Assembly: GCA_964554215.1 (NCBI GenBank)
Contig: CAZKND010000001.1
Span: 9,158 to 73,157, forward strand
DNA length: 64,000 nt
Direction of reading: 5' to 3'
Source: Candidatus Hadarchaeota archaeon
Lineage (GTDB): Archaea; Hadarchaeota; Hadarchaeia; Hadarchaeales; JAGGTB01
Shown: positions 49,654-60,393 of the stretch, piece by piece
Numbering within the stretch: the stretch's first letter is position 1
How the letters are laid out: each line of letters opens with the position of its first letter
Program-made: the position numbers and the translations under genes
Notes under the pieces: model-generated
Told to the model about the DNA's origin: nothing
The model's database searches: none
The model's input: the letters and a program-made list of their open reading frames with translations, nothing else

Positions 49654-50181
49654 CTAATCAATTTTTGAGATAAAGCGGGGGGGAATCTCATCCGCAACGT
49701 AAACCCTATCGCTAGCTCTTTCTATCTGAACCCCTTCCTCCTTAGCCCCGCTAACATCTATCTTCAAGATAACGGGCGAAGAAGACCTTCTCTTACCTAC
49801 ACTTCGAGCACCTTCAATGCTGGAGGAAAGATGCACCTTTTGTCGACCTTTCGATTTCAATCCTTCTTTCAAAATCTTATCCGCCGATTCTGAAGTGGTC
49901 CCATGATACAAAGTCTCAACGCTTACGGGCTCCAAAGTAGGATCGACATCAATAGAATGACCATACCTAGCTCTAATCCTATCATCCTTTATCTCGTATC
50001 TCCCCTTAGGGTCTTCATCAACTATCTCCTCGACATCATCTCTATCTATTTCAGACCATCGGTCATGCAACTCTTCCAATAAACCGTCCAAACCAACCCA
50101 CCCCTCATCTGAAATCTCCAAACCTGACGGATCATGTCTCAAAATATAAGCCAAAGTCTTACTGACCTTTTTCCGATTCAA
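49654..50181 (-). CDS. kptA: RNA 2'-phosphotransferase KptA/Tpt1
   Basis: VSKTLAYILRHDP and HGT ... motifs. 175 aa. Confidence 0.75.
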   Translation of the reverse strand: MNRKKVSKTLAYILRHDPSGLEISDEGWVGLDGLLEELHDRWSEIDRDDVEEIVDEDPKGRYEIKDDRIRARYGHSIDVDPTLEPVSVETLYHGTTSESADKILKEGLKSKGRQKVHLSSSIEGARSVGKRRSSSPVILKIDVSGAKEEGVQIERASDRVYVADEIPPRFISKID

Positions 50182-50286
50182 AACTATACACCAACCAAAT
50201 CTTTACCACAAATCGAGCTTGAAAAATCTTACCCGGTTTTAGCCAAGACTGAAATACCGAGCAAAAAATATCAATAAATAGAGATC

Positions 50287-51507
50287 ATGATCAAATCCTG
50301 GACAGAAAAATACCGGCCAAAAAAACTAGAAAACGTCGCAGCACAAGGACGAGCCCTAAAAGACGTAAGAAAATGGGCCAAAAAATGGGAAAAAGGAAAC
50401 CCGGAAAATAAAGCCTTACTGTTTTACGGCCCTCCGGGAACTGGGAAGAGCGCTACGGCCCATGCTCTGGCCGAAAAAATGGATTGGGACCTTATTGAGA
50501 TGAATGCAAGCAATAAACGGACAAAAAAGGAAATCGAAAAAATCGGCGGGTCGGCGGCAAAAATGGGAACTCTAACAGGTGGAGGAAGAAAAAGATTAAT
50601 CGTTCTAGACGAGGCCGATAATGTCCATGGGAACGCCGACAGGGGAGGAAATAGAGCTATTTCCAGTCTATTGAAAGAAACCAACAATCCTGTAATACTG
50701 ATAGGTAACGACCGATATGAGATGCCAAAAAGCATACGAAACAAAGTCAAGGAGGTAAACTTCCGAAGACTGAGACAGAGCTCTATAGCCAAAGCATTAC
50801 GACAAATCGCAAAAAACGAAGGTATAGATGCCGATGAAGAAGTTTTGCAAGAACTAGGGGACAGAGCAAATGGTGATCTGCGTTCCGCTATAAACGATTT
50901 TCAAGCTATAGCTGAAGGAAGAGAGAAAGTCGAAAAAGAAGACATTGCCACAAAAGATAGAGATAGGTCCTATGACATTTTCAAAGTCCTGGGCAAGATT
51001 AAGAAAACAAGAGATGCCGAAGAGGCCAGACAAGTACTAATGGATTTCGACGAGACTCCAGAAGAAGCTATAGATTGGATAGAAGAGAATCTTCCAAAAA
51101 TGATGGGTAACATCCCTGATTTAGCAGACGCTTACGAAAAACTTGCTAGAGCAGATATTTTCTTAGGAAGAACTCGAAGAAAACAAGACTACCATTATTG
51201 GAAATACGCAGCAGATTTGATGAGTGCCGGCGTAGCTCTAGCGCAAAAGGGGAAAGGAGGAAAAGGAAGATTCAGTTATCCTGGTTCCAGAAAAACATAT
51301 GGTAGAACCAAGAAGAAGAGAAAAATAAGAGACAATCTAGCCAATAAAATCTCTGAAAATTATCACGTTTCAGAACAGAAAGCAATAAACGATTTCTTTC
51401 CATATCTCTCATTAGTATTCAGCAATGACAAAGAAAAATCAGAACAAATCGTAAAGGAACTAGAACTGAAGGATGAAGAAACTAACTACCTCACAAACTT
51501 TAGATAA
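50287..51507 (+). CDS. rfcL: replication factor C large subunit
   Basis: WTEKYRPKKLENVAAQ ... [13 protein letters not shown] ... LDEADN. 406 aa. Confidence 0.85.
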   Translation: MIKSWTEKYRPKKLENVAAQGRALKDVRKWAKKWEKGNPENKALLFYGPPGTGKSATAHALAEKMDWDLIEMNASNKRTKKEIEKIGGSAAKMGTLTGGGRKRLIVLDEADNVHGNADRGGNRAISSLLKETNNPVILIGNDRYEMPKSIRNKVKEVNFRRLRQSSIAKALRQIAKNEGIDADEEVLQELGDRANGDLRSAINDFQAIAEGREKVEKEDIATKDRDRSYDIFKVLGKIKKTRDAEEARQVLMDFDETPEEAIDWIEENLPKMMGNIPDLADAYEKLARADIFLGRTRRKQDYHYWKYAADLMSAGVALAQKGKGGKGRFSYPGSRKTYGRTKKKRKIRDNLANKISENYHVSEQKAINDFFPYLSLVFSNDKEKSEQIVKELELKDEETNYLTNFR

Positions 51508-51720
51508 GATTCTATTTCCAAAATATTACTTTTCTATTTTTGACGAACCAACCTATTCGTGGATGTATTCTAATGAGTTTAGAGAGTGAAAAGAATAATA
51601 CTTTCACATTATCTCAGAAGAGAACTTCCTAGACAATGCAAAAATATAACCTCCAAACAATTCCCAACGATGCAAAATCCAAAAGCAAAAAAAGGAACTA
51701 TCCAGAAAAAAAGAAAAAAG

Positions 51721-51734
51721 TTTAAATAATTTGT
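51721..51734 (+). promoter_or_regulatory. BRE/TATA-like element TTTAAATAATTTGT upstream of the 508-aa gene
   Basis: 39 nt upstream of the ATG at 51773. A GGTGA RBS lies in between. Same 14-mer as at 43696. Confidence 0.5.
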
Positions 51735-51772
51735 GAGTGCATGGATAGAATTGCAAAGAAGTGGTGAAGTAA

Positions 51773-53299
51773 ATGCCAAAATTCGAGCTTTCGGAAATCG
51801 ATAAGGAAGGATTGGAAAAAGGTGCAGACAGGGTACAACCAGAATGGTGGCAGATAGTTGAAGTCTCCGGAGCTCTTGAAAAGGGAGAAGTTCCATCAGC
51901 TGAAGAAAGATTCGGAGGAGTTGCATTAGCTCCCATTGAACTTGACCATGGTATTCTTCCAAACTTGATGAAAGATTTTCTACCTCAAATCTTCATAGAC
52001 AACCCAACGATGACAACTCTAATTACAGACGAAGAAGGCGACCATATCATATGGGCAGGTGTAGAGCATGCCGAAGGCGGAGTTTACAAATGGGTTGAAA
52101 GAGTTGACCCTAAAGGCGAATGGGCAGAACCAGTGAATGAAAAATTATCAGAGGGAGATTATGAAGGTGCCTACGAAGAAACCAAAAAGATGGTTGAAGA
52201 AGAATTTGGAGTTGATTTAGGACTAATAAAAATAGCTAAACCTCAATTCTTTATAGAATTAGAAAAAACCTTTGAAGCTGCAGAAGAAGGGGAAGACTTA
52301 ATCGGATGGATTCCTCAAGTAATGGATTTCGGAGTCACTATTTTTGAAGAAGATTATATCAATTTTTATCCTGAACCCTATTTTTACCAATTTTTAAACG
52401 AAGTACTTGAACCCATGATAAAGGAATTAGATGGAGACGAGCTTGAACCTATTCTCAGGAAGTTCATCGACGAACCTCCACTCGACATAATCATACCACT
52501 CAAGAGCAGAGGGAAATCCTCCGCACTCAGAATAAAGCAAGATAGCGATAACATAGTGATAACTTCAGTCGATTTAGAAGTCAATGAGGAATTGTATTCA
52601 GACGATGTGAAAAAACTAGCTCAAAATTACAGGGACAAGTTCCCCGAAGCGGACTTAGTTCTTTCCCTAAACGTCAATGAAGACTTAAAGAATCTACTAA
52701 GTCAGCTAATGACAGACATTCCGATGAGTGAAGAAACATACGCTAAAATAGGGACCTATGTGGGCAATCTGTTAAACTCACTTGGAGAAGATGTTTGGAT
52801 TGAAATGAATGATAACTGGCTTAATCTAAACAACATCTTGGAGTGGGCGGAAGAATTGTTGGATTATGACATCAGAGAGCTTAATCTACCTCTAGATATG
52901 GTGATGGTGGGAATGGAAAAAACGCTATCCCAACATCCTATGGGAATATTCGTCACGGACGAAAACAGAGAATTGGTAACATCAATAGTAGCAGACTTCA
53001 CGGAAGATGTCCCTAAACTTGAAACAGTAAACAAAAGTGAACTAGAGGAAATATTTAAAATAGAAGGTTCAAATGCAGTGAGCGAAGCTGTTTCCGAACT
53101 TCCTGAGGAATATGGAACTGTCCACCCATGTATCGAGGTTAAGATAGACGAGATAGTACCTATAGTCGCCGAACTAAAGAAATCAATGAAAGAGCCTAGA
53201 AGATCTCCGCTATACCTCATGAGAATTCTAACTTACCTAGGGGACATTTTAGAAAAAGGGATAAACTTCTCAGATTCTCCTTATCAGTTAACAGAATAA
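51773..53299 (+). CDS. hypothetical acidic protein (508 aa), no recognisable domain
   Basis: Long ORF with normal codon usage, its own promoter and RBS. Sits upstream of the 170-aa helical protein (copy B). Confidence 0.5.
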   Translation: MPKFELSEIDKEGLEKGADRVQPEWWQIVEVSGALEKGEVPSAEERFGGVALAPIELDHGILPNLMKDFLPQIFIDNPTMTTLITDEEGDHIIWAGVEHAEGGVYKWVERVDPKGEWAEPVNEKLSEGDYEGAYEETKKMVEEEFGVDLGLIKIAKPQFFIELEKTFEAAEEGEDLIGWIPQVMDFGVTIFEEDYINFYPEPYFYQFLNEVLEPMIKELDGDELEPILRKFIDEPPLDIIIPLKSRGKSSALRIKQDSDNIVITSVDLEVNEELYSDDVKKLAQNYRDKFPEADLVLSLNVNEDLKNLLSQLMTDIPMSEETYAKIGTYVGNLLNSLGEDVWIEMNDNWLNLNNILEWAEELLDYDIRELNLPLDMVMVGMEKTLSQHPMGIFVTDENRELVTSIVADFTEDVPKLETVNKSELEEIFKIEGSNAVSEAVSELPEEYGTVHPCIEVKIDEIVPIVAELKKSMKEPRRSPLYLMRILTYLGDILEKGINFSDSPYQLTE

Positions 53300-53365
53300 T
53301 TTGTATTACCCTCCTAGCAGGAGAACTAAGAAATAACTTCCAAAATAATAAAGGAGGTGAAATTT

Positions 53366-53869
53366 GTGGCAACAGGATTTAATTCAATGAGAGCAATGGC
53401 GGAACTTATGAGTCAAATGGACCAAGACGAAGCCGTTACGTTAATCGAATCTTCCAGAGATATTCTTGACGCTCTTGCAAACAACCCAGAAGTACTGAAA
53501 ACCTTCAGTTCAATTTTGAAAGAATTGTCGGAGGACGATGAAATAGCTAAAGGTTTCTCCAATTTAGTTGCCTTGGCCGGACCATCTATCAGTGCTCTGA
53601 ACAACGCAATGACTCCAGAAGTAGTAGACATGATGCACGAACTCGTGCAAGACGATGATGTAAAGGAAGGTATAGGTTCATTCCTATCGATCATAGACCC
53701 AGAAGTATTGGGAACTCTACTACCAGTGATCGGATCGGTTGTAGGAGCAATTCTATCTGACATATCTGAAGATGAAGAAGCAAAAGAACATCTAATGGCT
53801 TTAATCTCTCATAGTGGTGCCTTGGCAGAGAAGGCCAACACCGCTCTTATGGGTGAACCAGTCGACTAA
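53366..53869 (+). CDS. all-alpha helical-repeat protein (DUF1641-like?), copy B
   Basis: GTG start 7 nt after the AAGGAGGTG RBS. Paralog of 43767-44270. Confidence 0.6.
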   Translation: MATGFNSMRAMAELMSQMDQDEAVTLIESSRDILDALANNPEVLKTFSSILKELSEDDEIAKGFSNLVALAGPSISALNNAMTPEVVDMMHELVQDDDVKEGIGSFLSIIDPEVLGTLLPVIGSVVGAILSDISEDEEAKEHLMALISHSGALAEKANTALMGEPVD

Positions 53870-53901
53870 TGATTTCTAAAGACTTTTTAGAGGAATAAAA
53901 A

Positions 53902-55089
53902 ATGTCAGGAAAAAAGAAAGCTCTGGTCACAGGTGCGTGTGGCTTCGTAGGCTCGCATATTATTGACCTTTTAGTAGAGGACGATGACTACGAAGATGTG
54001 ATTGCAACAGATCTCGAGTCAGCTGATACTAGTCATCTGGAAGACAAAGACGTAGACTTCAGACCGGCTGACTTTACAAAACCGGAGACCATCGATGAGA
54101 TACTGGATGAAGACATAGACGTTATTTTCAACCCAGCTGCGGCATTTAATTACGAGATGCCCATGCAGGTGATGAAGAAAATAAACGTTGAAGGAGGACG
54201 AAACTTTGCAGAAGCTGTGGTTGAAAACGTCGAGGACCTAGATATATTCGTCCATGTTAGCACCGGAGAAATCTATGGATACAACATGTTTGGAAAGAGC
54301 GAAGAACTAGATGAAGACGGTCATTTCAAGGAAGTAGAATCTAAAACACCTGGTGAAGCTCCCTATGCAAAAACCAAAAAACTACAAGAAGAAGAGATTT
54401 GGGAACTACACGAGGAAGAAGATCTACCAGTTGTAGACATGAGACTTGGAACTGTTTATGGACCAGGATTGTTCTTTGCAAGACTGGTGAATCTTTTCAT
54501 TGACCTTGCGTCTCTCGGAAGATTCCCAGACAATATCAACTTTAGATGGCCGCTGGTCCATGTCGAAGATGTAGCTTCAGCAGCTAAATTCCTCGCAGAA
54601 AAAGGAGACGAAGTTATAGGCGAGGCCTATAATATAGTGGACGAACAGGAATACATCCTATCGGACATGGTTTACAAAGTAGCTGACTACATGGACATGG
54701 AAGTAGAGAACCTACCTAATATTCCTTCTATGGGTGAACTTTGGAAATTAATTCCAAAGGGAGAACTGGTAGAAGATATTCTAGACGAAGCTTACCCAGA
54801 ATACCAAAACCAAGTGGAAGACCGATATGACGATGATGTCTGGATGAAATACAACCATGCAGGACCATACGCAAAACTCTTGCTAAATAACATGCCTGAA
54901 TGGGACGATGATTTCACATATTCCAACAAAAGTTTGAAAGAAATTGGTTGGGAACCGAAGTACGAAAGTTTCCTCGATGCTATTCCAGAGATTATAGAAT
55001 GGAGTAAAGAAAACGGTTATCTCGTAGAGAATCCAGGTCTAAAGCATCTAGTAACAAAGGCTCTAATCTCCGACCCTTCAGAAGCCTAA
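53902..55089 (+). CDS. NAD-dependent epimerase/dehydratase (extended SDR) family protein, intact copy
   Basis: LVTGACGFVGSHI Rossmann motif and catalytic APYAKTK. 395 aa with a C-terminal extension. Confidence 0.8.
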   Translation: MSGKKKALVTGACGFVGSHIIDLLVEDDDYEDVIATDLESADTSHLEDKDVDFRPADFTKPETIDEILDEDIDVIFNPAAAFNYEMPMQVMKKINVEGGRNFAEAVVENVEDLDIFVHVSTGEIYGYNMFGKSEELDEDGHFKEVESKTPGEAPYAKTKKLQEEEIWELHEEEDLPVVDMRLGTVYGPGLFFARLVNLFIDLASLGRFPDNINFRWPLVHVEDVASAAKFLAEKGDEVIGEAYNIVDEQEYILSDMVYKVADYMDMEVENLPNIPSMGELWKLIPKGELVEDILDEAYPEYQNQVEDRYDDDVWMKYNHAGPYAKLLLNNMPEWDDDFTYSNKSLKEIGWEPKYESFLDAIPEIIEWSKENGYLVENPGLKHLVTKALISDPSEA

Positions 55090-55148
55090 TACCGCCATCT
55101 TTTCTTTTTTTCTTTTTTATTATTAGAAAAAATCTTTTTTCGAAAAAT

Positions 55149-56087
55149 TTACGAAATTTTCATCTTTTCTTTTTTGAAATAAGGTTCCCTTCTGCTTATA
55201 GCCTCTTTGTAAGCCTTCCGAACTTTTTCATGATCCTTTTCTCTTACTGGAGTGAGAGCATCCACAAGATTATCATTTCTCATCAAACAAGGCTTCAAAA
55301 ACCCTCCAGATGTCATCCTTAACCTAGTACAATATTCGCAAAATTCAGAGTTATGCATCGGATTTACGACCTCTACTTCCCCTCCATCAATTTTATACTT
55401 TCGTCTAGCTTGCATCATCCATCGTGTGTCGACATCTTCCGCTCTCTCTCTGATTCTCTCTTCTATAGTATCTAAATCCTTATGATACTCTTGATAAGAT
55501 TGTTTGTTTTCTGGCAAGACTTCTTCAAACTCTATCAATTGCAGGATAGCTTCCGTGTCAACGGAGTAATCTATTAAACTTTCGATGTTTTCCCCATCGT
55601 TAACCCCATCTAAAACTATCGTATTCAGCTTCACAGGATAGAGATTCGACTCTACTGAGGCCTCAATACCAGCAAGGACATCATCCAGAACGTCCTTGCC
55701 TGTTATCTCCTCATAGATAGAATGATCGAGGGTATCCAAACTAATATTGACCCTATCCAAACCTGCATCCACCAATTCATCCACCTTTTCATCTAAAAGT
55801 ACTCCATTTGTAGTCAAAGAAACATCTTTAATTTTAGGATTGGAAACGGCTTTTATTATCTCAACTATGTCATCTCTTACTAGCGGTTCTCCTCCTGTAA
55901 TCTTTATCTTTTCTATACCGAACTCCGTGCCAATATCCACTAATTTTTCTATTTCTGAAGGGGTCATCTTTCTTTCAGGAATCTCGCAACCTTCTTTGTG
56001 ACAGTAAAAGCAATCAAGATTACAATCTTGAGTTACGGAAATCCTTAAACTTGTCAACGGCCTACCATAATCATCCTTCATCCTCAT
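55149..56087 (-). CDS. moaA: GTP 3',8-cyclase MoaA (radical SAM)
   Basis: CNLDCFYC radical-SAM motif and C-terminal cysteine cluster. 312 aa. Confidence 0.85.
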   Translation of the reverse strand: MRMKDDYGRPLTSLRISVTQDCNLDCFYCHKEGCEIPERKMTPSEIEKLVDIGTEFGIEKIKITGGEPLVRDDIVEIIKAVSNPKIKDVSLTTNGVLLDEKVDELVDAGLDRVNISLDTLDHSIYEEITGKDVLDDVLAGIEASVESNLYPVKLNTIVLDGVNDGENIESLIDYSVDTEAILQLIEFEEVLPENKQSYQEYHKDLDTIEERIRERAEDVDTRWMMQARRKYKIDGGEVEVVNPMHNSEFCEYCTRLRMTSGGFLKPCLMRNDNLVDALTPVREKDHEKVRKAYKEAISRREPYFKKEKMKIS

Positions 56088-56838
56088 TCAACTCCAGCAC
56101 AATTCTATCACCGTCCCCCTCTTTCAGAGACGAAACCATTCCAGAAACGGTGTTTTTGATCAAGTCCTTAACGAAAGGTTTGAGAGGTATCTCCCTACCA
56201 TCGACTTTCAGAGTAACTTGACCTTCAAAAGCCACACACTCGTCTTGAGAGACATTCTCTTCAGAGACAGCTTGAACAAATTCTCCACAAGTGTCAAAGC
56301 CACATTGTCCACAATCCAAATTCCCAACCGGTTGCATCGCTTTATCCTCTACTAATTCAACTATTGAATCCATATCATCGCAATCTAATACGGGCTTATC
56401 TCTAATTCCGTTTTTCAAAAATGCAACAGTAAACATATCATCTAACCTCTCCACCTCATCGTCATTATCCGCAATAGCCACTTTAGGAATAATTTCAGAA
56501 TCTCGAAAACCTTCTACTATAACGTAATCCAAACCCTCCATATTCCCAAGAAAGTTTTCTAAACTAAATCCCCCTTTTTTCATGGTAACCGTTTCATCAG
56601 GACTCAGCAAACAAACCTCTTCCGCACCCGCTTCAGCATGCCTCCAAGTATCCGTACCCTCTCGATCAATCGTAAAACCTTCCTGAGAAACATGTTTCAC
56701 TGTACCAACACTAAACCCTCTCTTTTTCAATCTTTCAACAACTCCTTCGACAACCTTCGTCTTCCCGCTTTCCTTAAAGCCTGTTATTGCTATGAACTTA
56801 ACCAAAACTTCCACCTCCAAACAAGTTAACTTCAACAA
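56071..56838 (-). CDS. mobB: MobB-like P-loop protein with a Cys-rich C-terminal extension
   Basis: AITGFKESGKTKVVEGVVERLKKRGFSVGTVKH matches the MobB N-terminus. The C-terminal part carries CGQCGFDTC plus further Cys residues. Confidence 0.7.
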   Translation of the reverse strand: MLKLTCLEVEVLVKFIAITGFKESGKTKVVEGVVERLKKRGFSVGTVKHVSQEGFTIDREGTDTWRHAEAGAEEVCLLSPDETVTMKKGGFSLENFLGNMEGLDYVIVEGFRDSEIIPKVAIADNDDEVERLDDMFTVAFLKNGIRDKPVLDCDDMDSIVELVEDKAMQPVGNLDCGQCGFDTCGEFVQAVSEENVSQDECVAFEGQVTLKVDGREIPLKPFVKDLIKNTVSGMVSSLKEGDGDRIVLELNEDEG

Positions 56839-58042
56839 TTTCTCCTTTTTCTAAAATTTCCGTCGCTACTGGAACCTCTGCATAACCATCCGATTTCACC
56901 AAAGCAGTAATAGCTCCGGAGCCTTTCTTCAAAGGCTCGGCCAAAAACTTATTCTCCAATTCATTGACCTCTACTGGAGCCAATTGTCTCCGACCTTTTG
57001 AAGATAAAATCTTCCTAGAGAGTTCTGCTTCCAAACTTTTCCTTTCAGGTTTGCTAAATCCCGCTAATTCCCGAATGTAGGGAGATACTAACTGATCGAA
57101 AACCATGAGCGCGGAAACGGGATATCCTGGAAGACCAAAGATAGATTTTCCCTTAACCATGGCCATGAGAGTCGGCTTCCCCGGTTTTTGAGCAAGTCCA
57201 TGAATTATTACTCCCGGGTCTCCTAGTTCATCAATCGCCTTTGGAATCAAATCCTTTGATCCGGCTGAAGAGCCTCCGGAGGTGATAACTATATCATTTT
57301 GAGAGAGGGCATCTCTAATATTACTCTTTACATCTGGGATGTTATCTCCCACAATTCCACAATAATTACTCCTTCCACCTGCTGATTCAACCGCATCGCA
57401 AACTGCAGGGCCATTTATGTCGTAAAGCTCTCCTCTTTCCAGATCTTTCTCTGGCTTCACAACTTCTTCCCCTGTGGATAGAACTGCAACTTTCGGTTTC
57501 CTAATCACTTGAACTTCTTTCACACCTGCTCCATAGAGGGCTCCTCTAACCTGTGGTGCGATTTTTTGGCCTTTCTCAGCTATTTTTTCTCCTTTTTTTA
57601 TCTCCGAACCTTTTTGAGATATATTCTCTTCGGGGGATACGGACCTCCGGATCTCAACTGTTTGGCCTTTCTCATCAGTGTCTTCGACCATTACTACGGC
57701 GTCTGCGCCTTCGGGTATTACAGCTCCGGTAGCTATTTCCACACAGCTTCCTTCGGACACTTTTATTTCGGGATTTTCACCTGCATGGACTTCACCTTTC
57801 CTCGTTAATTTTACGGGGTCGTTTTCTTCTGCGCCAAACGTGTCCTCTGCGCGGACTGCAAATCCATCGTATACCGCTCTATCAAAAGGAGGTAAATCTA
57901 TTTTTGATTGAACATTTTCGGCAAGTATCTGACCTTTTACATCCTCTAAACTTTTTCCTTCGGTCTGAATCTTCGAATCCCAATTTTTATCTATCTCTTC
58001 CCGAGCTTCTTCTAAGGTCCTAACTGAAAGAGGTTCATGCAT
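56798..58042 (-). CDS. moeA: molybdopterin molybdotransferase MoeA (paralog 2)
   Basis: [13 protein letters not shown] ... GGSSAGSKD motifs. 414 aa. Confidence 0.85.
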   Translation of the reverse strand: MHEPLSVRTLEEAREEIDKNWDSKIQTEGKSLEDVKGQILAENVQSKIDLPPFDRAVYDGFAVRAEDTFGAEENDPVKLTRKGEVHAGENPEIKVSEGSCVEIATGAVIPEGADAVVMVEDTDEKGQTVEIRRSVSPEENISQKGSEIKKGEKIAEKGQKIAPQVRGALYGAGVKEVQVIRKPKVAVLSTGEEVVKPEKDLERGELYDINGPAVCDAVESAGGRSNYCGIVGDNIPDVKSNIRDALSQNDIVITSGGSSAGSKDLIPKAIDELGDPGVIIHGLAQKPGKPTLMAMVKGKSIFGLPGYPVSALMVFDQLVSPYIRELAGFSKPERKSLEAELSRKILSSKGRRQLAPVEVNELENKFLAEPLKKGSGAITALVKSDGYAEVPVATEILEKGEIVEVNLFGGGSFG

Positions 58043-58110
58043 GAAATCGAGTTATATATAATGAATATTAGTTAAAAAAGATGACATTGTTAATCGTTTT
58101 CAGTTAACAA

Positions 58111-59364
58111 CTACAGGTCAATAAGCTGAACATCGACATGCTCTCCTCGAGAATAACCCTCCTGATTCTCCGGAACCATAACAACGCCATCAGCTTCCGA
58201 AATAGACCTCAAAACACTCGAACCAGTAACCCTCAGAGGTTTAACAACATAGCCATCCTCCCGTTCTTCCAACTCAACTCTGACCACATCGACCCTACCC
58301 AAAGAAGAACTGATCTTCCTATCCAGAACCCCCTCCACATTCCAACCAAAGTCCAGAGGTTTCAATCCTAACATTTTTCTCAAAACGGGTTTTAACAGGG
58401 TTTCAAAAGCAACTAGCGCAGCCGCTGGGAATCCGGGAAGTGAAAATACTAAAGTCCCATCTACAACACCAAAAGCACATGGACTACCAGGGCGTATACC
58501 CACTCCATGGAAAAATAATTCTCCAACTTCGTCAATAGCAAGAGGAACTAAATCCTTCTCCCCGACCGAAGACCCACCTGTGAGAACCATCAAATCAAAA
58601 CCAGACGTGTTCTCTAAAACCTTTTTAATCTCATCTAGATCATCGGAAAATATACCCAATCTCTCAAAATCCCCACCTACTTTCTCAACTGAATGACCCA
58701 AAGTATACCCATTTACCTCCGTGATTTCCCCAGGGCTCAAAGAGCTGTCCACTTCCTTGAGCTCATCTCCTGTCATGACAATGGCAACTTTAGGTTTTTT
58801 TCTGACGCTGATTTTCAGATTTTTAGTGGAAGCTAAAATGCCTATATCGGAAGGTTTAATTTCCCTGCCTTCCTCCAATACCTTCTGGCCTTCTCTAAAA
58901 TCTTCCCCCTTAGGAGAAACATTCTCACCAGGAGACACAGGGGACAAAATATCTACTTTCGAACCCTCTCTGACCGTTTCCTCAAACTTCACCGTAGCAT
59001 CCGCTCCTTCAGGCATAGGAGCTCCAGTAGCAATTTCTGCAGTTTTTCCACTCTCTATATTTTTTTCCGGACTGGAACCAATTTTTACAGATTCCACGAT
59101 CTCCAACTCTTTAGGATCGTTCTCGTCTGCACCGAACGTATCTTCAGCCTTTACTGCAAATCCATCCATCGCAGATCGGTCAAAAGGAGGTACATTTACA
59201 TTTGAAACTACTTCTTCTGCCGTTATCCTTCCTAGAGAATCATCAAAACGAACAATTTCTTCATCCAAAACATGCGTTTTTGAAAGAGCTATCTGCTGTG
59301 CCTTCTCCAAAGCAGTATACTCGGAAAAACCTTTCTTTCTAACATCCATCTTATTCACGCGCAT
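58111..59364 (-). CDS. moeA: molybdopterin molybdotransferase MoeA (paralog 1)
   Basis: PPFDRSAMDGFAV ... GGSSVGEKD motifs. 417 aa. Confidence 0.85.
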   Translation of the reverse strand: MRVNKMDVRKKGFSEYTALEKAQQIALSKTHVLDEEIVRFDDSLGRITAEEVVSNVNVPPFDRSAMDGFAVKAEDTFGADENDPKELEIVESVKIGSSPEKNIESGKTAEIATGAPMPEGADATVKFEETVREGSKVDILSPVSPGENVSPKGEDFREGQKVLEEGREIKPSDIGILASTKNLKISVRKKPKVAIVMTGDELKEVDSSLSPGEITEVNGYTLGHSVEKVGGDFERLGIFSDDLDEIKKVLENTSGFDLMVLTGGSSVGEKDLVPLAIDEVGELFFHGVGIRPGSPCAFGVVDGTLVFSLPGFPAAALVAFETLLKPVLRKMLGLKPLDFGWNVEGVLDRKISSSLGRVDVVRVELEEREDGYVVKPLRVTGSSVLRSISEADGVVMVPENQEGYSRGEHVDVQLIDL

Positions 59365-59866
59365 GCTTTACGATATGACCCAAATCAGTTGAAATCAAAT
59401 TCATTCCTTCCTCAACAGAGTTGGGGGCTCCCGGCAAGCAAAAAACAGGTTTATCATCCGCAATACCTAATGTTGCCCTAGTTATTATCGCAGGGAAACC
59501 AACTGATTCAAAGCCTTTTCTTCTCAATGTTTCACCGAACCCAGGAAGTTCTTTATCAAAATATTCTCTAACGACCTCAATGGTTATGTCCCTTTCAGCA
59601 ATCCCAGTTCCCCCAGTAGTGATTATAGCATCAACCTCAGAATCCTCTAACCAATCTTCCAACAATTTGCTCAATTTTTTCTCATCGTCAGGAATTATCA
59701 CGCGATCAGAAGAATGGCCTGAATCATTTAATCTTTTTTCAATTAACTGTCCCGATTCATCTTTATCTTCACCGTTCTCCATAGCAGCTGATCTAGAATC
59801 ACTGACAGTGATAACGCCTACATGTAAAGTATCTGGAGCTTCTTTTCTGTGTTCTTCGGAGGTCAT
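59351..59866 (-). CDS. moaB: molybdopterin adenylyltransferase MoaB/MogA family
   Basis: ITTGGTGIAERD and LPGAP motifs. 171 aa. Confidence 0.8.
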   Translation of the reverse strand: MTSEEHRKEAPDTLHVGVITVSDSRSAAMENGEDKDESGQLIEKRLNDSGHSSDRVIIPDDEKKLSKLLEDWLEDSEVDAIITTGGTGIAERDITIEVVREYFDKELPGFGETLRRKGFESVGFPAIITRATLGIADDKPVFCLPGAPNSVEEGMNLISTDLGHIVKHARE

Positions 59867-60297
59867 TTTTTCACCTTTTCATCAACCGAAACATCCCTTA
59901 TTTTTGTATCCGGATATTGCCCTTCTTCATCTTTCTCGAAACCCTTAGTCATATCCCAAATTGTAAGGAGAGAAGCGTTAACTCCTGATAGCGCTTCCAT
60001 CTCTACACCAGTCTGACCTCTGCTCTTTACTTCAACCTCAACTCTTACCCCATCTTCTTGAAGATTGATATCAACATTTGCCCCTGTTATCGGAATTGGA
60101 TGTGTTAATGGAACTATCTGAGTTGTATTTTTTATAGCCATCACTCCCGCAGTTTTCGAAACAGATATTACATCGCCTTTAGGAACCTCATCATTTTCAA
60201 TTTTTTCTACCGTATCAGAATCTAGTTCTATAAATCCAGACGCTTTAGCCACCCTCTTCACGTGGTCCTTTCCTCCAATATCAACCATCTTGGTCAA
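59863..60297 (-). CDS. moaC: cyclic pyranopterin monophosphate synthase MoaC
   Basis: VDIGGKDHVKRVAKASG ... TGVEMEALSGVNASLLTIWDM conserved MoaC blocks. 144 aa. Confidence 0.85.
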   Translation of the reverse strand: MTKMVDIGGKDHVKRVAKASGFIELDSDTVEKIENDEVPKGDVISVSKTAGVMAIKNTTQIVPLTHPIPITGANVDINLQEDGVRVEVEVKSRGQTGVEMEALSGVNASLLTIWDMTKGFEKDEEGQYPDTKIRDVSVDEKVKK

Positions 60298-60393
60298 GTA
60301 ATCACCTGTTTAAGAATCAGTACTATGAACTAAAAATGTATTGCGTCTCAAAAAGTATTTTACCCTCTATAAACCATATTAAATGGTGAAAAA

